Below are positions 13,317 through 26,079 of a stretch of 64,000 nucleotides of DNA, piece after piece. A program made the translations under genes and the position numbers. Position 1 is the first letter of the stretch. The number at the start of each line of letters is the position of its first letter. The stretch comes from Centroscyllium fabricii (lineage: Eukaryota). Location of the stretch: positions 264,988,001-265,052,000 of the forward strand of contig JBNRSN020000005.1 in assembly GCA_051313645.2 (NCBI GenBank). The letters run 5' to 3'. The notes under the pieces were generated by a model. The model saw only the letters and a list, made by a program, of their open reading frames with translations. It made no database searches and was not told the DNA's origin.

Positions 13317-13790
13317 GGTGGCTTAGTGGTTGTCACTAGACTAGTGAGCCAGAGGCTCAGTCAAATGCTCTGAGGATATGGGTTCAAATCCCACCACGGC
13401 AGCTGGTGGAATTTAAATTCAATTCAATTTAATTCTGGAATTAAATCTTTGGCTTATTAATGGCGACCATGATACCATTGTCGATTGTTGCAAAAAACCA
13501 TCTGATTCATTAATGTCCTTTAGGGAAGGAAATCTGCCGTCCTTACCTGGTCTGGCCTACACGTGACTCCAGACCCACAGCAATGTGGTTGACTCTTAAT
13601 GCCCTCTGAAATGGCCTAGCAAGCCATTCAGTTGTAAACAACCACTATGCAACATTGTGGGTGTACCTACACCATATGGACTGCAGTGGTTCAAGAAAGT
13701 GGCTCACCACCATCTTCTCAAGGGCAATTAGGGATGGGCACTAAATGCAGGCCTCGCCAGTCAGCGACGCCCACAACCCATCAATGAATT
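13317..13790 (+). mobile_element. tRNA-derived SINE with LINE-derived 3' tail
   Basis: A-box-like TGGCTTAGTGG, B-box GGTTCAAATCC, tail GGGCAATTAGGGATGGGCA shared with LINE fragments at ~17510-17630 and ~56060-56160. Confidence 0.75.
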
Positions 13791-14120
13791 TAAAAAAATA
13801 GTGCAAGCCTGACATTATACTTCATATTGTGATCACTATTTCTAAGCTAACCTGCTCAAGTATTGCCTGAATATTGTATAACCAGTCTAATACAGCCTCT
13901 TTCTCTTTCCTCCACCACCTTTTTTCTTTCACTGCCACATACGCCCCTCTCCCCCTCAGAGTAGGTTCCATAATCATTTAAGTCATGTAACATTCCATTA
14001 TCATGTTCAGAAACTGTTTTCTCTTACTCCCATTATAATCCTCCTAATTTAGCCTTGATAAATTGGAGTCTCTGTGACCATTGTGTGCGCTCTCTCGATT
14101 TCCTTACTTGATTGTTACTT

Positions 14121-14852
14121 CAGGTTGAAGTTCATTAATCCGGCACCTGAAAAGCCAGCAGCTTCAGTCGTTCGGCACAGATTTTCCTGACTGCCTGGCG
14201 CATGCGCAGACAATTCAAAATGACCGCCGTTGGGGCTGGGCTTCTCTTTCACCTAACATATAATCACTGGATCCCGGCTTAGTGACCACCCCGATGCTGA
14301 TGGTGAATCCCAGGCCCAGAAGATCAGCTGTTGTGCCAGCTGCCTTTCGCAGGATGTGATACAGGCAATGCTCGGTGCCCATCGCTGCCGGAGGCCCCTG
14401 CCTGGCTGCGTGCTGACGTCACTGCGTTCCGAAGCTGGCGTTCAGTGGCGTCACGTGAGCCGCACATTGGGCCTCTGGCCTGCTGGAACCGTGCAGCCCG
14501 CTCCCTGAACCACAGCGGAATCGATGGCTGCGTGCTGACGTCACCGCGTTTTGAAGCTGGCATGCGGTGGTGTCACGTGAGCCGGGCTTGAGCCGCACAT
14601 TGGGCCTCAGGCCCGCTGGAGCCATGCAGCTCGCTCCGTGACCCGCAGCAGAATAGAGTGCGAGTTCCACCCGACCTTTGGGCCGAAAATCAACTGCCAG
14701 GTACCGGCGAGCGCATGCGCAGAGCATTGAAAATTTAGTCGGCCATTTTGAATGTTCTGTGCATGCGCTGCCTTGACTTCAATAATTCGTCGTTTCCAAC
14801 AATCTGGCAGGGTGCTGGTCCCGACCCTGCCGGATTAATGAACTGCAACATG
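14121..14852. mobile_element. Tigger/pogo-like MITE (degenerate TIRs)
   Basis: CAGGTTGAAGTTCATTAATCCGGCA ... GCCGGATTAATGAACTGCAACATG|TA; internal duplicated segment. Confidence 0.7.
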
Positions 14853-15314
14853 TATAAGGTTAAGGAAATGCAAAGCTGGCTGTTTAATCTAGTGGAGAAA
14901 ATTGCTCGAACTACTTCGTGGCTATCTTGCAGGTCAGTTTTGCTGGCCTTGTGAAGAGATTTTGCCTCTTGGGGTGCATGTGTAGGTTCACCATAGAATG
15001 CATCATTCAATAACATGACAACTTAGAATATATAATCCAGAAATCAAAACTCCTTGCAGTCGTGCTGCAGCTGAATCCATGTAAAAGACATACAAAACAT
15101 TAAAGCTTCCTGTTTTTGTCCCACTGCTGCACAATTCGGTGGCAAACTGGGGTAGGGGCTACTATGTTTGATGCTGGAGACACCCATTTGAATAATAGAT
15201 GTGGGTTTTGCAAGTGATACTGCATTTCATCATTTATACTATCTTTTTCAGAAGTTTTAAATTATTTGTGGGTCTTTGGTGAAGTTAATCCGAATCCTCC
15301 TGTTCCTCTTCCAG

Positions 15315-15492
15315 AAATATCAACGCCGGCGCAAGTATAGTCTTTCTGCTGTTTTTTATGCTGCAACAATGCAGCGAGAAGTTGGAGATGCCATCCAGTT
15401 TGAAGTCAGCATTGGCAATTATGGCAACAAATTTGACAAAACATGCAGGCCTTTAGCTTCTACTACTCAATACAGTCGAGCAGTGTTTGATG
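15315..15492 (+). CDS. MYOF: Ferlin exon [14 protein letters not shown]...[13 protein letters not shown]...[11 protein letters not shown]
   Basis: ccag|...G|gtgagt; 178 nt, phase 0 to 1; near-identical to recalled MYOF sequence. Confidence 0.95.
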
Positions 15493-16662
15493 GTGAGTAT
15501 CCGTACTGTGAATCCATGACCGTCGAGACTAATATTTCCATTATAAAACACATCCATGCTAATATTCAAATGAATCATCATGAATTTTTTTTAAGCAAGA
15601 TGTGTATTCTTTGCTCTGCAAATTAATTTCGAACTGTAATTTTAAAGTGCTGTCTTCTCTCCATTGGGGGGGCATTTTCGCAGGTGTGGGGAAATGGTGG
15701 GTTTTGGACAGATCCAGTTTCTCTCTCGAATGTTCAAGGGCCTGGGAGCCCCACAAAATTTTGGCTTAATTGGCCAATTAATTGCCCGCGTGTCGGAGCC
15801 CCTGCCAATTGACTGATTCCAGTCAGAAAGCAGCGGTGCTGCAGCTGACAGCCGACAGCCGGAGGTTTGATTGACGGGGCTAAGGACTGTTGTTAGTTTC
15901 TATGGGAACAGTGCATTGTGACATCACAATGGAGTGCAACCAATCTCAAAGCCCAAGTGGGTTGAGTGACCGGTCTAAGGACTCGCTGGAAAGCTCTCGC
16001 AGTTGGGGGCTGTCTCTCTCTGAAGCATTTCCATTCATCTGTCAGGTAAGTTTGTGGAAGGTTTTTTCCACAGCTGCTCTTCAGACAAGGGAGTCACTTA
16101 CACCTCCAGGGTATTGAAGGCCTGGAAGGCATTCTGCTACAGGTGCTTCAATGCCTTGAAGGTGAAAGTGACCAAGCCAAATGTGATCCCGCTAGGTTTC
16201 ACCAGCGGGGTTTCAGTATGGCGGGGTATGGGTGGGAAGGGCTTCAAAATTGCGAGGGGCCCTTAAAATGGGATTACCCGTGGCAATTAAGGGCCCCTAA
16301 TGAGCACAACGATCAACCTTGCCGGTGGCGGGCGGGAAAGATTCAGGCCAGCTAGAAATGCCGGCTGAAAACTGCTGGCTGGTATCTGGTGAGAGGGGTC
16401 GGAACCCCCCCCCCCCCCCCCCCCCGCCTGGTTTTGCAATTTTGAACCCCCCCGTCCACATTATGTCTGTTAAACATAATTGCCACACTAGTGTACTTTG
16501 ATCACCTTGAAGTGTGCAAAAATACCCAGCAGTACATTAATGGATTGTGTTCTTCCAAACTTCAGGTTGTATCTGCAACATTTTGAGCTGTGTAGTGCCG
16601 ATTAAAGCAGTCTACTTGATCGGCACCCCATCCACCAGCTTAAACATCCACTCTCTTCACCA

Positions 16663-17258
16663 TCGGGTCCTCTACATCGGGGAGACCAAACGCAGATTGG
16701 GTGACCGCTTCGCGGAAAACCTCTTCAGTCCGTAAGGGGGACACCAAGCTCCTGGTGGCCTGTCACTTTAATTCTCCATTACACTCCCATTCAGATCTCA
16801 CTGTCTGTGGCCTGTTGCATTGTTCCACGGAAGCTCAGCCTAAACTCGAGGAACAGCAACTCCTCTTTTGCTTAGGCACTCTACAGCCCTCTGGACTAAA
16901 CAGAGTTCAACAATTGTAGATCATAACCTCGGCCCCCACTACACTTTTTTTTACAGATATACATGTTCTCTCTTTCAATCCACACTTTTGTCTGGGCTTT
17001 TTTCTTTACTATGCTAAAGCTGTTCACACCTATTCTGAGCCATCCTGTGTTTCTTCAATTTCTCTGCATATCTCTTATCTCCCTGCCTTCTAGCCCCCCC
17101 ACCCCTTTCCCCAGCCCCCACCAGCTTTAAAATCTATCTCCCCTCCTGGCCTCTCGTTTTGAAAAAAGGTCATCGACCTGAAACATCAACTCTGTTTCTC
17201 TCTCCACCGATGCTGCCTGGCCTGTTGAGTTTCTCCAGCGTTTTCTGTTGTTATTTCC
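16663..17258 (+). mobile_element. 5'-truncated Penelope-like element: GIY-YIG endonuclease relic plus pseudo-LTR
   Basis: LYIGETKRRLGDRFAE...VACHFN...KLEEQQLLFCLGTLQPSGLN; flanked by CTCTTCACCA (16653-16662, 17259-17268); interrupts a LINE 3' fragment. Confidence 0.85.
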
Positions 17259-17739
17259 CTCTTCACCACCAATGTACCATGGCTGCAATGTGTACTATCT
17301 ACAGGATGCGCTGCAGAAAGTTGCCAGGGCTTCTTCGGCAGCACCTCCCAAACCAGCGGCCTCCACCACCTAGAAGGGCAAGGGCAGCAGGTGTATGTGT
17401 ACACCATCACCTTCAAATTCCTTTGCATGTCACACACTATCCTGACTTAGACGTGCATCGCCATTCCTTCATTGCCTCTGTCAAAATCCTGGAACTCCCT
17501 ACCTCCGAGCATTGTGAGTGTCCTCACCACATGGACTGCAGCAGTTCACGAAGGCCCACCACTACCTTAACGGCAATTGTGGATGGGCTATAAATGCCAG
17601 CCTTGCCAGTGACTCCCACATCGCATGAGTGTTTTTTTTAAGAAGTACTTGGATGAAGCACTATTAATTTAGTCTGTCACTATTGCCAAGAACAATTTAA
17701 GGTGATCAGTCACACATCCTACAAGAAGCACATTGTTGA

Positions 17740-18150
17740 ATAGAAAGAACTTGCAGTTGTATAGTGCCAGAAATTCCAAAGCTCTTCACTACAAATTAAT
17801 TGCTTTTCAAATGTAGTCCTGTTTTATGGGCAAACGTAGCAGACAAAATTGTCCACAGCAAACTCCTGAAGACCGCTTTGAGATAAATTACTTCATCTGT
17901 TTTTGGAGGTGTTGATTGAGGAGCAAATGGTGGCCAGGACTTGGATTCCCCACTCCTCGAATAGCGACATGGGACCTTTTGCAACCACATGAAGAGGAGA
18001 CTGGGCCTTGGCTTAACATCTGCAAAAGGCAACACCTTTGACAGTGCAGCACTCCCTCATTACTGCACTGCAATATCAGCCTACATTATGTGCTCCAGTC
18101 CTTTGGAGTGGGATTTTAATTGCCTTCTGACTCAAGTGAGTGCTCCCAAA
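17740..18150 (-). mobile_element. DeuSINE (SacSINE1/AmnSINE1-like) relic
   Basis: Minus strand reads GAGGGAGTGCTGCACTGTCAAAGGTG...GTTAAGCCAAGGCCC, similar to the recalled Deu domain. Confidence 0.55.
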
Positions 18151-19745
18151 TGAGTCAATGGATGGTTTTTTTTAAATACATTCGTTGAAATGTATTTCCA
18201 TGTTCTACAACAAGTTGGTCAATATGCTAAATAAGCTCGTAATACTGAATTGAAGAGTTTTGTTCATTTGAAACACTTGCCAGTTTACTAAAATAATGCA
18301 ACATAATCCCATAAATATTTTATCGCAGGATCTGCTGAAAGCCCCTCAGCCATCTGGTCTTATCCTTCCACAATGCCCATAAAGGCATTTAAAGTTCAGG
18401 GTCCTGACCGCAAAGCCTCTTGGCAACCTGCTCCAGCCGTTCTTCTAAGGAGATACGTCCTGCTAGCTGCCCTTTGCAGCCCTGAACCTGTGACCCCCCC
18501 ACCCCCACCCGTTCTGCAGCCCCTGTCGTGTCTATAAATATTGTTTTGGGTTTCATTTTTCGATTTCAGTTAAGTAACTTCTACGCCTCCAAGGTCCCCA
18601 CTGAGGCCCTTTCAAGGCTGGCGAGCCCAAGCTTTTCAAATGATTTCTCATGGCTCTGGCACCAAGTACCTCATTTGTGGTAACAAGATCAAAACAATAA
18701 TTGAATTTTGTGATCATCTGTTTCCAGCAGTTACCTGCCTCAATTATGGCTGTACAAAATGGTATATTGCTGCATTAGGTTAGCTGTTCTGTTTGATCGC
18801 AATCCATACTGCGAGCTGATTCGAAGTGGTGGTGGATAATTGACATCTGCACCCATGGGCCAAGGGGAAAATTGACCAGGATTCCTGTTCCTGAATGCTA
18901 TCCAGTAATTCCTTCTGCAAATATAGCATTCGTCTGCTGACACTGGCCCTCAAGGCTCATACAATGACTATGGGTTACCACTGGACAGCTGATTCTGTGG
19001 AGCTGTAACCCAGCAAGGATTCCATGCCTATCAGAGGGGAAAAATGTATGCATGGCTAAAGGACTCAAAACTAAGGGTAGGGGGTGAAAGGATGCATTTC
19101 CAGTTGATGGGATGTGGCTAATGGTGTGCCTCAAGAAATGAGGAGTGATGCATACTGAGCAAAACCATAGTCAAAGGAAGCAAATCTGGGGTGTCCAATC
19201 TGCAGCTTCTGGTCATGTACAATGTTATTTCCTGGTTTGTTCACATTGTGGGTCTAGAGGTTTAGAAAACTTTTTCTTTTTTTTTTTTAGGTTTTACTAT
19301 TGTCTTACTGATGGATACTTCCTAAATTGGAACATTTGATTTAAACTTTATACTTGGCTCCCAAGGTTCCATGGAAGCCCCTGCGTGGCTCAAAGACAAA
19401 AGCTTCCACACTACTGCCCTAAATGGCAAGACTGTTTCAGATCTTGGGCTTCAAATGCATAGATTTTTGAAGGTGGGAGTGTAGGTCTATAAAGCTAATA
19501 GCAGTCTGGGTTTTGTATCTGCCACACGTGGTTACTGAGGCTACGATGGTGTTGTTTAAAAGGGAAGTATTCACAAAGGAAAGGGCAGGTAAATGGGATT
19601 AGAGTAGAAAGCCAGCAATGGCACAGCGGGCTGAATCTCTCGCTCCTGTGCTGCAATTTCTATAAAGAAAGCAAGGAACACTTTTTAGACACTAACCGGG
19701 CCATCATTCTATCTGCTAAGTCACGATCTTCTTTATTTCTGTCAG

Positions 19746-19870
19746 GTAACCATTACTATTTTCTACCGTGGGCCAACACAAAACCTGTGGTGACGCTGAC
19801 CTCTTACTGGGAAGATATAAGTCATCGGTTGGATTCGGTGAACATCATCTTAAAAATGATCTGCAGAGTG
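19746..19870 (+). CDS. MYOF: Ferlin exon GNHYYFLPWANTKPVVTLTSYWEDISHRLDSVNIILKMICRV
   Basis: tcag|...GTG|gtaagc; 125 nt, phase 1 to 0. Confidence 0.93.
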
Positions 19871-20118
19871 GTAAGCGTTTCCCTTTTTTATATATATATA
19901 AAAATAAAAATAAAAATAAAAAAATTCTTTCCACCCGTCTCCTCCCCTGATTTTTACCATGAAGTCTTTTCATCTTGATACATTTTGTGCAGAATAAACT
20001 ACGACGAGGTTCCTGGTGGGTTTTTCCAGCTAAAGTTGCCTCCTGCTGAAAATAAATTGCCTTGCTTTTATTTTTTCAGTTAAGTTGCAATGTCTGTAGA
20101 TGTCAACCAAATCACAAT

Positions 20119-20906
20119 GGCCCAAAAATTAGCCTTGGAGGCTTCCTGCGAGTGCAAGCCTCCGAGGTCCATTTACCCTGCGCTCCTGCCATTCTCCAAT
20201 TCTGGGATTTGAAATCCCGATTTGGAGTGCTGCCCCAGGCGCCGCACTGAGGCAACTCAGCGACGGAGTTAGTGCGAGAGCCCGCGCGGGACCACGTGGT
20301 CCGCGGGGAGCCAATGAATGGCAGGAATCCTCCATTCATAACTTTAACAGAGATCTGTGTAAGTTATGAAAAGGAAGAGCCTCAAAAACATCACAAACTA
20401 AAATTAAAAAAATTAACCACATTTTTTAACATGTTTATTTTTTGTTTAAAATAGGTAATTTTTGAAAAATGTTTTAAAGATTTTAACTCTCCTAAAAAAT
20501 ACTTACCTCTTTAAAGTTTAAAAAAATTAAAAACCTGTTTTAAAAAAAAAAAACAAAAAAAACAAAAAAAAAAACTTAAATTCTATAAAATAAAGACTTG
20601 CCTGCTAAAAAGGGGTCGTTACGGCTGATATTTTCAGGCGTAAAATCTTCAATACTTACCCCAATTAAAAAAACTCTGCAAAAAATCGGAAGTGCACTGC
20701 GCACCTACCTCCTGGTGTGCAAAAAATCGGAAGTGCACTGCGCACCTCCTGGTGTGCAGGCCAACGCGATTCAGCTCCCGACCCCCCGCTGGTTGTCTTC
20801 GGAATTGCAGGTATCCCAGGGAAATGGCATCTACCTGCAATTCCAGGGCCGCATGCGTGAGTACTCACACGCACTGCGGCCCCGCGGTCATCGGAATTTC
20901 TGCCCC
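20119..20906. mobile_element. Non-autonomous PIF/Harbinger-like element
   Basis: AAT|GGCCCAAAAATT ... AATTTCTGCCCC|AAT, 3-bp TSD; related to 52632-53743. Confidence 0.65.
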
Positions 20907-22323
20907 AATATGGGCGGCACAGTGGTTGACGTATCGTCAATAGTCTTAATAAAACCAAAGACGAGTAGTGACCTTAACTAGAGGCTTTTATTAGCTTACA
21001 ACGGAGCTACGCTCCGATCGAACATCAGGTACAGAATGAATGGGGGCCGGTCAGTCCCCACCTAGAAGGCACTCACCTGAGGGGAGGAGTTAGAGGTGTG
21101 GCTGACCTGACCCCGCGACAGTGTCGCAATACAGGACAGTTGCATCATGCACCCGACCGCTATACATACATGTAATATTGGTAACAATATTAGGGTGGTA
21201 ATAATAGTACATATAAAGGTTACCACATTCACCCCTTCTTTGAAAATCAAGTCCGGCGGGGTGAATGGACAGAGCAGTTCATGATTAGCTTATCCGGCGG
21301 TCGCGTCTGTCTGGAGGACCGCCGGGTCTCTGTCAAATGTTCTGGTTCCTGCAGCATCGGCGGCACTGGAGCCGGTGGTGGTGGCAGCGGCGCTGGTGCT
21401 AGTACGGTAGGTGGTGGCGGTGGGTCCAAGCCCTGCGGTTGCTGCTGTGCCTGCAGCTGGTCATCCGAGTCTTGGTCCTCGGCTGGCAATGGCGGGGGCT
21501 CCGAACCATACGGTAGTGGCGGCCAGCTTCCGGTGGGTTGTGGGTCGTGTATCGGCCAGTGGTCGATATGTAGTGGCTGGAGGTGGCCGAAATATAGTGG
21601 CTGGGCGGGCTGCTGCCCGACCAGGGGCTCTGCTGTGGTGCTCCCGGCAGGCGCTAGGTCCTTGATGGAGACGGTATCCTCGCGCCCGTCCGGGAACTGT
21701 GCGTACTGCGGGTTGGCGTGCAGCAGCTGCACCTTGTCTACCAGGGGGTCGATCTTATGGCCGCGGACGTGCTTCCTAAGCAAGACCGGCCCCGGCATCG
21801 TGAGCCACGGTGGAAGGGCTGTCCCTGAAGTCGACTTCCTGGGGAATGAAAAAATGTAATCGTGAGGTGTGGCGCTGGTGGCCGTACACAACAGAGAGCG
21901 TATCGAGTGCAGCGCATCAGGGAGGACTGCCTGCCAACGGGACACTGGAAGGCCTCTGGACTTCAGGGCCAGGGTGACCGCCTTCCAGATGATCCCGTTC
22001 TCCCTTTCTACCTGGCCGTTCCCCCGGGGGTTGTAACTGGTCGTTCTGCTCGAGGCAACCCCTTTCTGGAGCAGAAACTGACGCAGTTCGTCGCTCATGA
22101 ACGCCGCCCCCCGGTCGCTATGGATGTAGCTGGGGAGACCGAAAATAGCGAACAGCGTGGTGAAGTGTTTGATCACCGTTGCGCTCGTCATATCTGGGCA
22201 GGGGAAGGGGAAGCGGGAGAACTCGTCTACGACCGTGAGGAAGTGCGAGTGGTGGGGAGGGGGCCTTTGAAGTCCACGCTTAGACGTTCAAAGGGGCGGG
22301 TGGCCTTAATGAGATGCGCCGTA

Positions 22324-22550
22324 TGTAATGATATTGAGACTTCTGGCAGGAAGTCGGATGAACTCTGCTTATGAACTTCCAGTGACATCACTTCCTGTAC
22401 GTCACTTCCTGTGTAGTAGTATAAATTCTGCTGCTATTCAGTCTGAGATAATGCTTCCCTATGTAAATATGTTAAAACTCTCAACACTGTAGATAGCTGA
22501 TTAAAGCTTTGCTTAAAGTATTTGATGTGTAAGTCGCTTTTGTCACATCA
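22324..22550 (+). mobile_element. Solo LTR inserted in the gypsy integrase
   Basis: TGTAATG...CACATCA, TATAAA and ATTAAA motifs, TSD CCGTA/CCGTG; removal restores ...KPQFFRPDT|AHLIKATRPFERLSVDFKGPLP. Confidence 0.85.
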
Positions 22551-23814
22551 CCGTGTCTGGCCTAAAAAATTGGGGTTTGCACTCTGCGCAAACAGGGCAC
22601 TCTCAGGTCATAGCCTTGATCTCCGTGATGGAGTAGGGGAGGCTACGGGATTTTACGAAGTGGGCAAGTCTGGTGACACCCGGGTGGCAGAGGCGGTCGT
22701 GGAGTTCCTTCAGCCGGTCTAGCTGGGCACTGGCGCATGTTCCCCTGGACAGTGCGTCCGGGGGTTCATTGAGTTTGCCTGGTCGGTAAAGAATGTTGTA
22801 CTCGTAAGTCGAGAGCTCGATCCGCCACCGCAGGATCTTATCATTCTTAATTTTACCCTTTTGTTTATTATTAAACATAAAGGCGACCGACCGTTGGTCG
22901 GTGAGCAGGGTAAAACGCTTACTGGCCAGGTAATGACGCCAGTAGCGCACGGCCTCCACGATGGCCTGGGCCTCCTTTTCCACTGCAGAGTGGCGAATTT
23001 TGGGTCCCTGTAAGGTGCGGGAGAAAAACGCTATGGGCCTGCCTGCCTGATTCAGGGTGGCGGCAAGGGCAAAGTCCGAAGCGTCACTCTCCACCTGGAA
23101 AGCGATGGATTCATCAACGGCGTGCATGGTCGCCTTGATAATGTCTTCCTTGATCCGGGCGAATGCCGTATGGGCTTCTACCGAGAGGGGGTAGGCGGCA
23201 GCCTTAAGGAGCGGTCTGGCCTTATCTGCGAACTGGGGAACCCATTGCGCGTAATAAGAGAAAAATCCCAGACATCTCTTCAGGGCCTTGGGGTTGTGAG
23301 GAAGGGGCAGTTCCTGTAAGGGGCGCATACGCTGTGGGTTGGGGCCGAGGACCCTGTTTTCCACCACGTATCCGAGGATGGCGAGCCGATCTGTACTAAA
23401 GACACACTTGTCTTTGTTGTATGTGAGATCTAGCCGTTTTGCCGTGTGGAGGAATTTGGCCAGATTGGCATCGTGGTCCTGCTGGTCATGGCCACAGATG
23501 GTCACGTTGTCCAGGTAGGGGAAAGTGTCCTGCAACCCGTTCTGGTCAACCATGCGGTCCATCTCCCTCTGGAATACCGACACTCCGTTGGTCACGCCGA
23601 AGGGGACCCGGAGGAAGTGGTAGAGCCGACCGTTCGCCTCGAAGGCGGTGTACGGGCAGTCGGCTTTCCGGATCGGGAGTTGGTGATACGCCGACTTAAG
23701 GTCGATTGTGGAGAACACCTTGTATTGGGCGATCTGGTTAACCATTTCCGAGATGCGGGGGAGGGGGTAGGCATCGAGCCCGGTGTAGCGGTTAATGGTC
23801 TGGCTGTAATCGAG

Positions 23815-26079
23815 AACATAGAACATACAGCACTGTACAGGCCCTTGGGCCTTCAATGTAGTCCCGCGCTTAGTCCGTCTGATTTTTCCTGTCCCCCCTA
23901 CTCTTCCTTCCCCTCCATGTACCTATCTATCATCCTTTTAAAAGCTCCCAGACTGTCCACATCCACTATTTCAGATGGTAGCCTATTCCACTCCCGGCCC
24001 ACTCTGTTTGAAGAACTTGCCCCTGCCATCCCTTCTGAATCTTCCTCCTTGAATCTTGTGTTCGTGCCCTCTTGTTGTCGTTCTTCCCACCCGGGGAAAC
24101 AGTCTCTGCACGTTTACTCTATCGATCCCCTTCATCATTTTAAACATCTCTATTAAGTCCCCCCTCTTCCTTCTCCGTTCCAGGGAGAAGAGTCCCAGCT
24201 CCCTCAACCTCTCCTCGTACGACTTTCCCCCCATTCCCGGCAGCATCCTTGTGAATCTCCTCTGTACCCTCTCCAACGCCTCCACATCCCTCCTGTAGTA
24301 CGGTGCCCAGAACTGCACACAGAACTCCAAGTGTGGTCTCACCAGTGACCTGTACAGCTGTAGCATGACCTCCCGGTTCTTAAACTCCATTCCCCTGTTG
24401 ATGAAGGCCAATACACCATAGACCTTTTTTACTGCCTTATCCACCTGGGTGGCAGCCTTCAATGATCTGTGTACATATACTCCCAGATCCCTTTGCTCCT
24501 CTGCTTCGCTCAGGACCCTGCCGTTGACCCTATATTCCCTATTCCTATTTGCCCTACCGAAGTGTATCACCTCGCATTTCCCCGTGTTGAACTCCATTTG
24601 CCATTCTTCTGCCCAGCTCTGCATCCTATCTATATCCCTCTGAAGCCTTCTACTTCCTTCCTCCTCATCCACTACTCCCCCAATCTTTGTGTCATCTGCA
24701 AATTTGCTGACCCACTCCTCAGTCCCCTCCTCCAAGTCATTGATAAAGATTACAAATAGTAGTGGCCCCAACACCGACCCCTGTGGCGCCCCACTGGTGA
24801 CCAGTCTCCAACCCGAGTATTGGCCCTCTACCACTACCCTCTGCTTTCTCTGAGCCAGCCAGTTCTCAATCCATCTCAATACTTTGTTGTTTACCCCGCA
24901 ACTCCTTACTTTCTTCATGAGTCGACCGTGCGGGACCTTGTCGAACGCCTTGCTGAAGTCCATAGATATGACATCAACCGCCTTTCCCTCGTCCACACAC
25001 TTGGTCACCTCTTCAAAGAATTCTATCAGGTTGGTCAGGCACGATTTGCCCTTAACGAATCCATGCTGACTGCTCCTGATTAATTTGCCCCTTTCTAGAT
25101 GGTCGTAGATCCTGTCCCTCAGGACCCTTTCCATCACCTTTCCGACCACCGAGGTAAGGCTGACTGGTCTGTAGTTCCCTGGCACGTCCCTGCTCCCCTT
25201 TTTAAATATGGGAACCACATTCGCCCCTCTCCAGTCCTCCGGGACTATCCCCGAGGATAGCGAGGAACTAAAGATAGAGGTCAGTGGCTCTGCGATTTCG
25301 TTCCTCGCTTCCCAGAGAATCCTTGGATATATCCCGTCCGGCCCAGGAGATTTGTCTACCTTCAGTTTCTCCAAAATATCTAATACCTCCTCCCTCTGAA
25401 TATTTACTTCCCCCATCCTTTCCCCTTGTATCTTGCACTCCTCCTCTACTTTTAGTTCCCTCTCCCTTGTGAACACGGACGCAAAATATTCATTTAGTGC
25501 TTCCCCAATTTCCTCTGACTCCGTGCACATTTCTTCCTTGCTGTCTTTGATCGGCCCTACTCTTATCCTAGTCATCCTTTTATTTCTTACGTAAGCATAG
25601 AAAGCCTTGGGGTTCTCCTTTATCCTTCCCGCTAATGCCTTCTCATGCCCTCCCTTTGTCTTCCTTAGCCCATTCTTCAGTTCTTTCCTTGCTTCTTTGT
25701 ACTCCTTTCCCGCCCATGCTGTACACTGCTTTCTCATTCTATCATATGCCTCCTTCTTCTCTACTAAATGTTCTACCTCTTTCGTGATCCACGGTTCTCT
25801 CCTCTTTCCCTTGTTTCCCATCCTACTCGGGACATGCTTATCCAGGGCTTTCATAATTTGCTCCCTGAACACTCCATTTTTCTTCCGTTCCCCTCCCAGC
25901 AAGTTCCCGTTCCCAATCGAGGTTAGCTAAATCCTGCCTAACCCTGTCGTAATTTCCCCTCCCCCAGCTGTATACCTTACCCTGCCTCATGCTCCTATCC
26001 TTCTCCATTACTATTGTGAACGTCACCGAGTTGTGGTCACTGTCCCCAAAGTGCTCCCTTACCCCCAGTTCTACCACTT
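23815..26079 (-). mobile_element. 5'-truncated CR1 LINE inserted in the gypsy RT
   Basis: ORF2 RT (PQGSVLGP, KFADDTK) 23983-25902 and endonuclease tail SDHN; CTATGTT-type tail; removal restores gypsy GEKHRMV|LDYSQTIN. Confidence 0.95.

Noticed and set aside
23815-23856. Apparent N-terminus MKAQGPVQCCMFYV of the 417-aa RT/RNase H ORF, suggesting a CR1-gypsy fusion protein
   Set aside because: Read-through from the non-coding CR1 tail at the insertion junction.
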